A DNA stretch of 35,916 nucleotides, taken from the NCBI GenBank assembly GCA_964471725.1, contig CAYYHO010000001.1:1-35916 (forward strand), in the 5' to 3' direction. Below, piece after piece: positions 35,829-35,916 of this stretch (position 1 is the first letter of the stretch; each line of letters starts with the position of its first letter). The DNA is from an uncultured Methyloversatilis sp. (GTDB lineage: Bacteria; Pseudomonadota; Gammaproteobacteria; Burkholderiales; Rhodocyclaceae). Under the pieces are notes generated by a model. It saw only the letters and a list, made by a program, of their open reading frames with translations. It was not told the origin of the DNA and searched no databases. The position numbers and the translations under genes are program-made.

Positions 35829-35916
35829 ATTTACAATTTCAGCGTTTTCGGACGGTCTGTCGAGGAGCGAATTCCGTTCGAGCTATTTTTAAAATACACC
35901 TCCAGATTGGCAACTT

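Noticed and set aside
35698..35892. 64-aa plus-strand ORF at the right end
   Set aside because: Non-ATG start, lacks the start context of the phage genes and crosses the candidate att core
1..35916. Alternative genetic code (TGA/TAG recoding)
   Set aside because: Long genes are intact under code 11, tightly packed, and use TGA and TAG as real stops

Overview
The window appears to be a nearly complete temperate, podovirus-like prophage genome. The likely host is a Patescibacteria/CPR-type bacterium (inference from SD-less AT-rich (C/T)TATG starts and code-11 stops). From the left: the 5' end of a large serine integrase (1-118, absent from the ORF track), a CI/Cro-like switch with palindromic operators, early genes, an HTH replication initiator with internal iterons, and a membrane-anchored CxxC zinc-ribbon gene. 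Next comes an ~11.1 kb reverse-strand seven-gene cargo operon: degenerate RadC/JAB, AbiEi-AbiEii, small Zn protein, OLD-like ABC-ATPase/TOPRIM nuclease, a 1281-aa MoxR/AAA_5-type ATPase and a 1054-aa transglutaminase-vWA fusion. A highly structured ~250-nt leader then precedes the late operon: adenine MTase, ParB-like, TerS, TerL, portal, scaffold, major capsid, beta-helix, 14-aa-repeat fibre, adaptor, nozzle, LysM and large ejection-like proteins, amidase and holins. A tRNA-3'-end-like att core lies near the right edge. The best candidates for novelty are the AAA + transglutaminase-vWA pair (with reciprocal Walker A/B substitutions) inside a defence cargo operon, the pseudoknot-capable leader RNA, and the att/integrase C-terminus arrangement. 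All calls come from motif recognition by eye; no searches were run.
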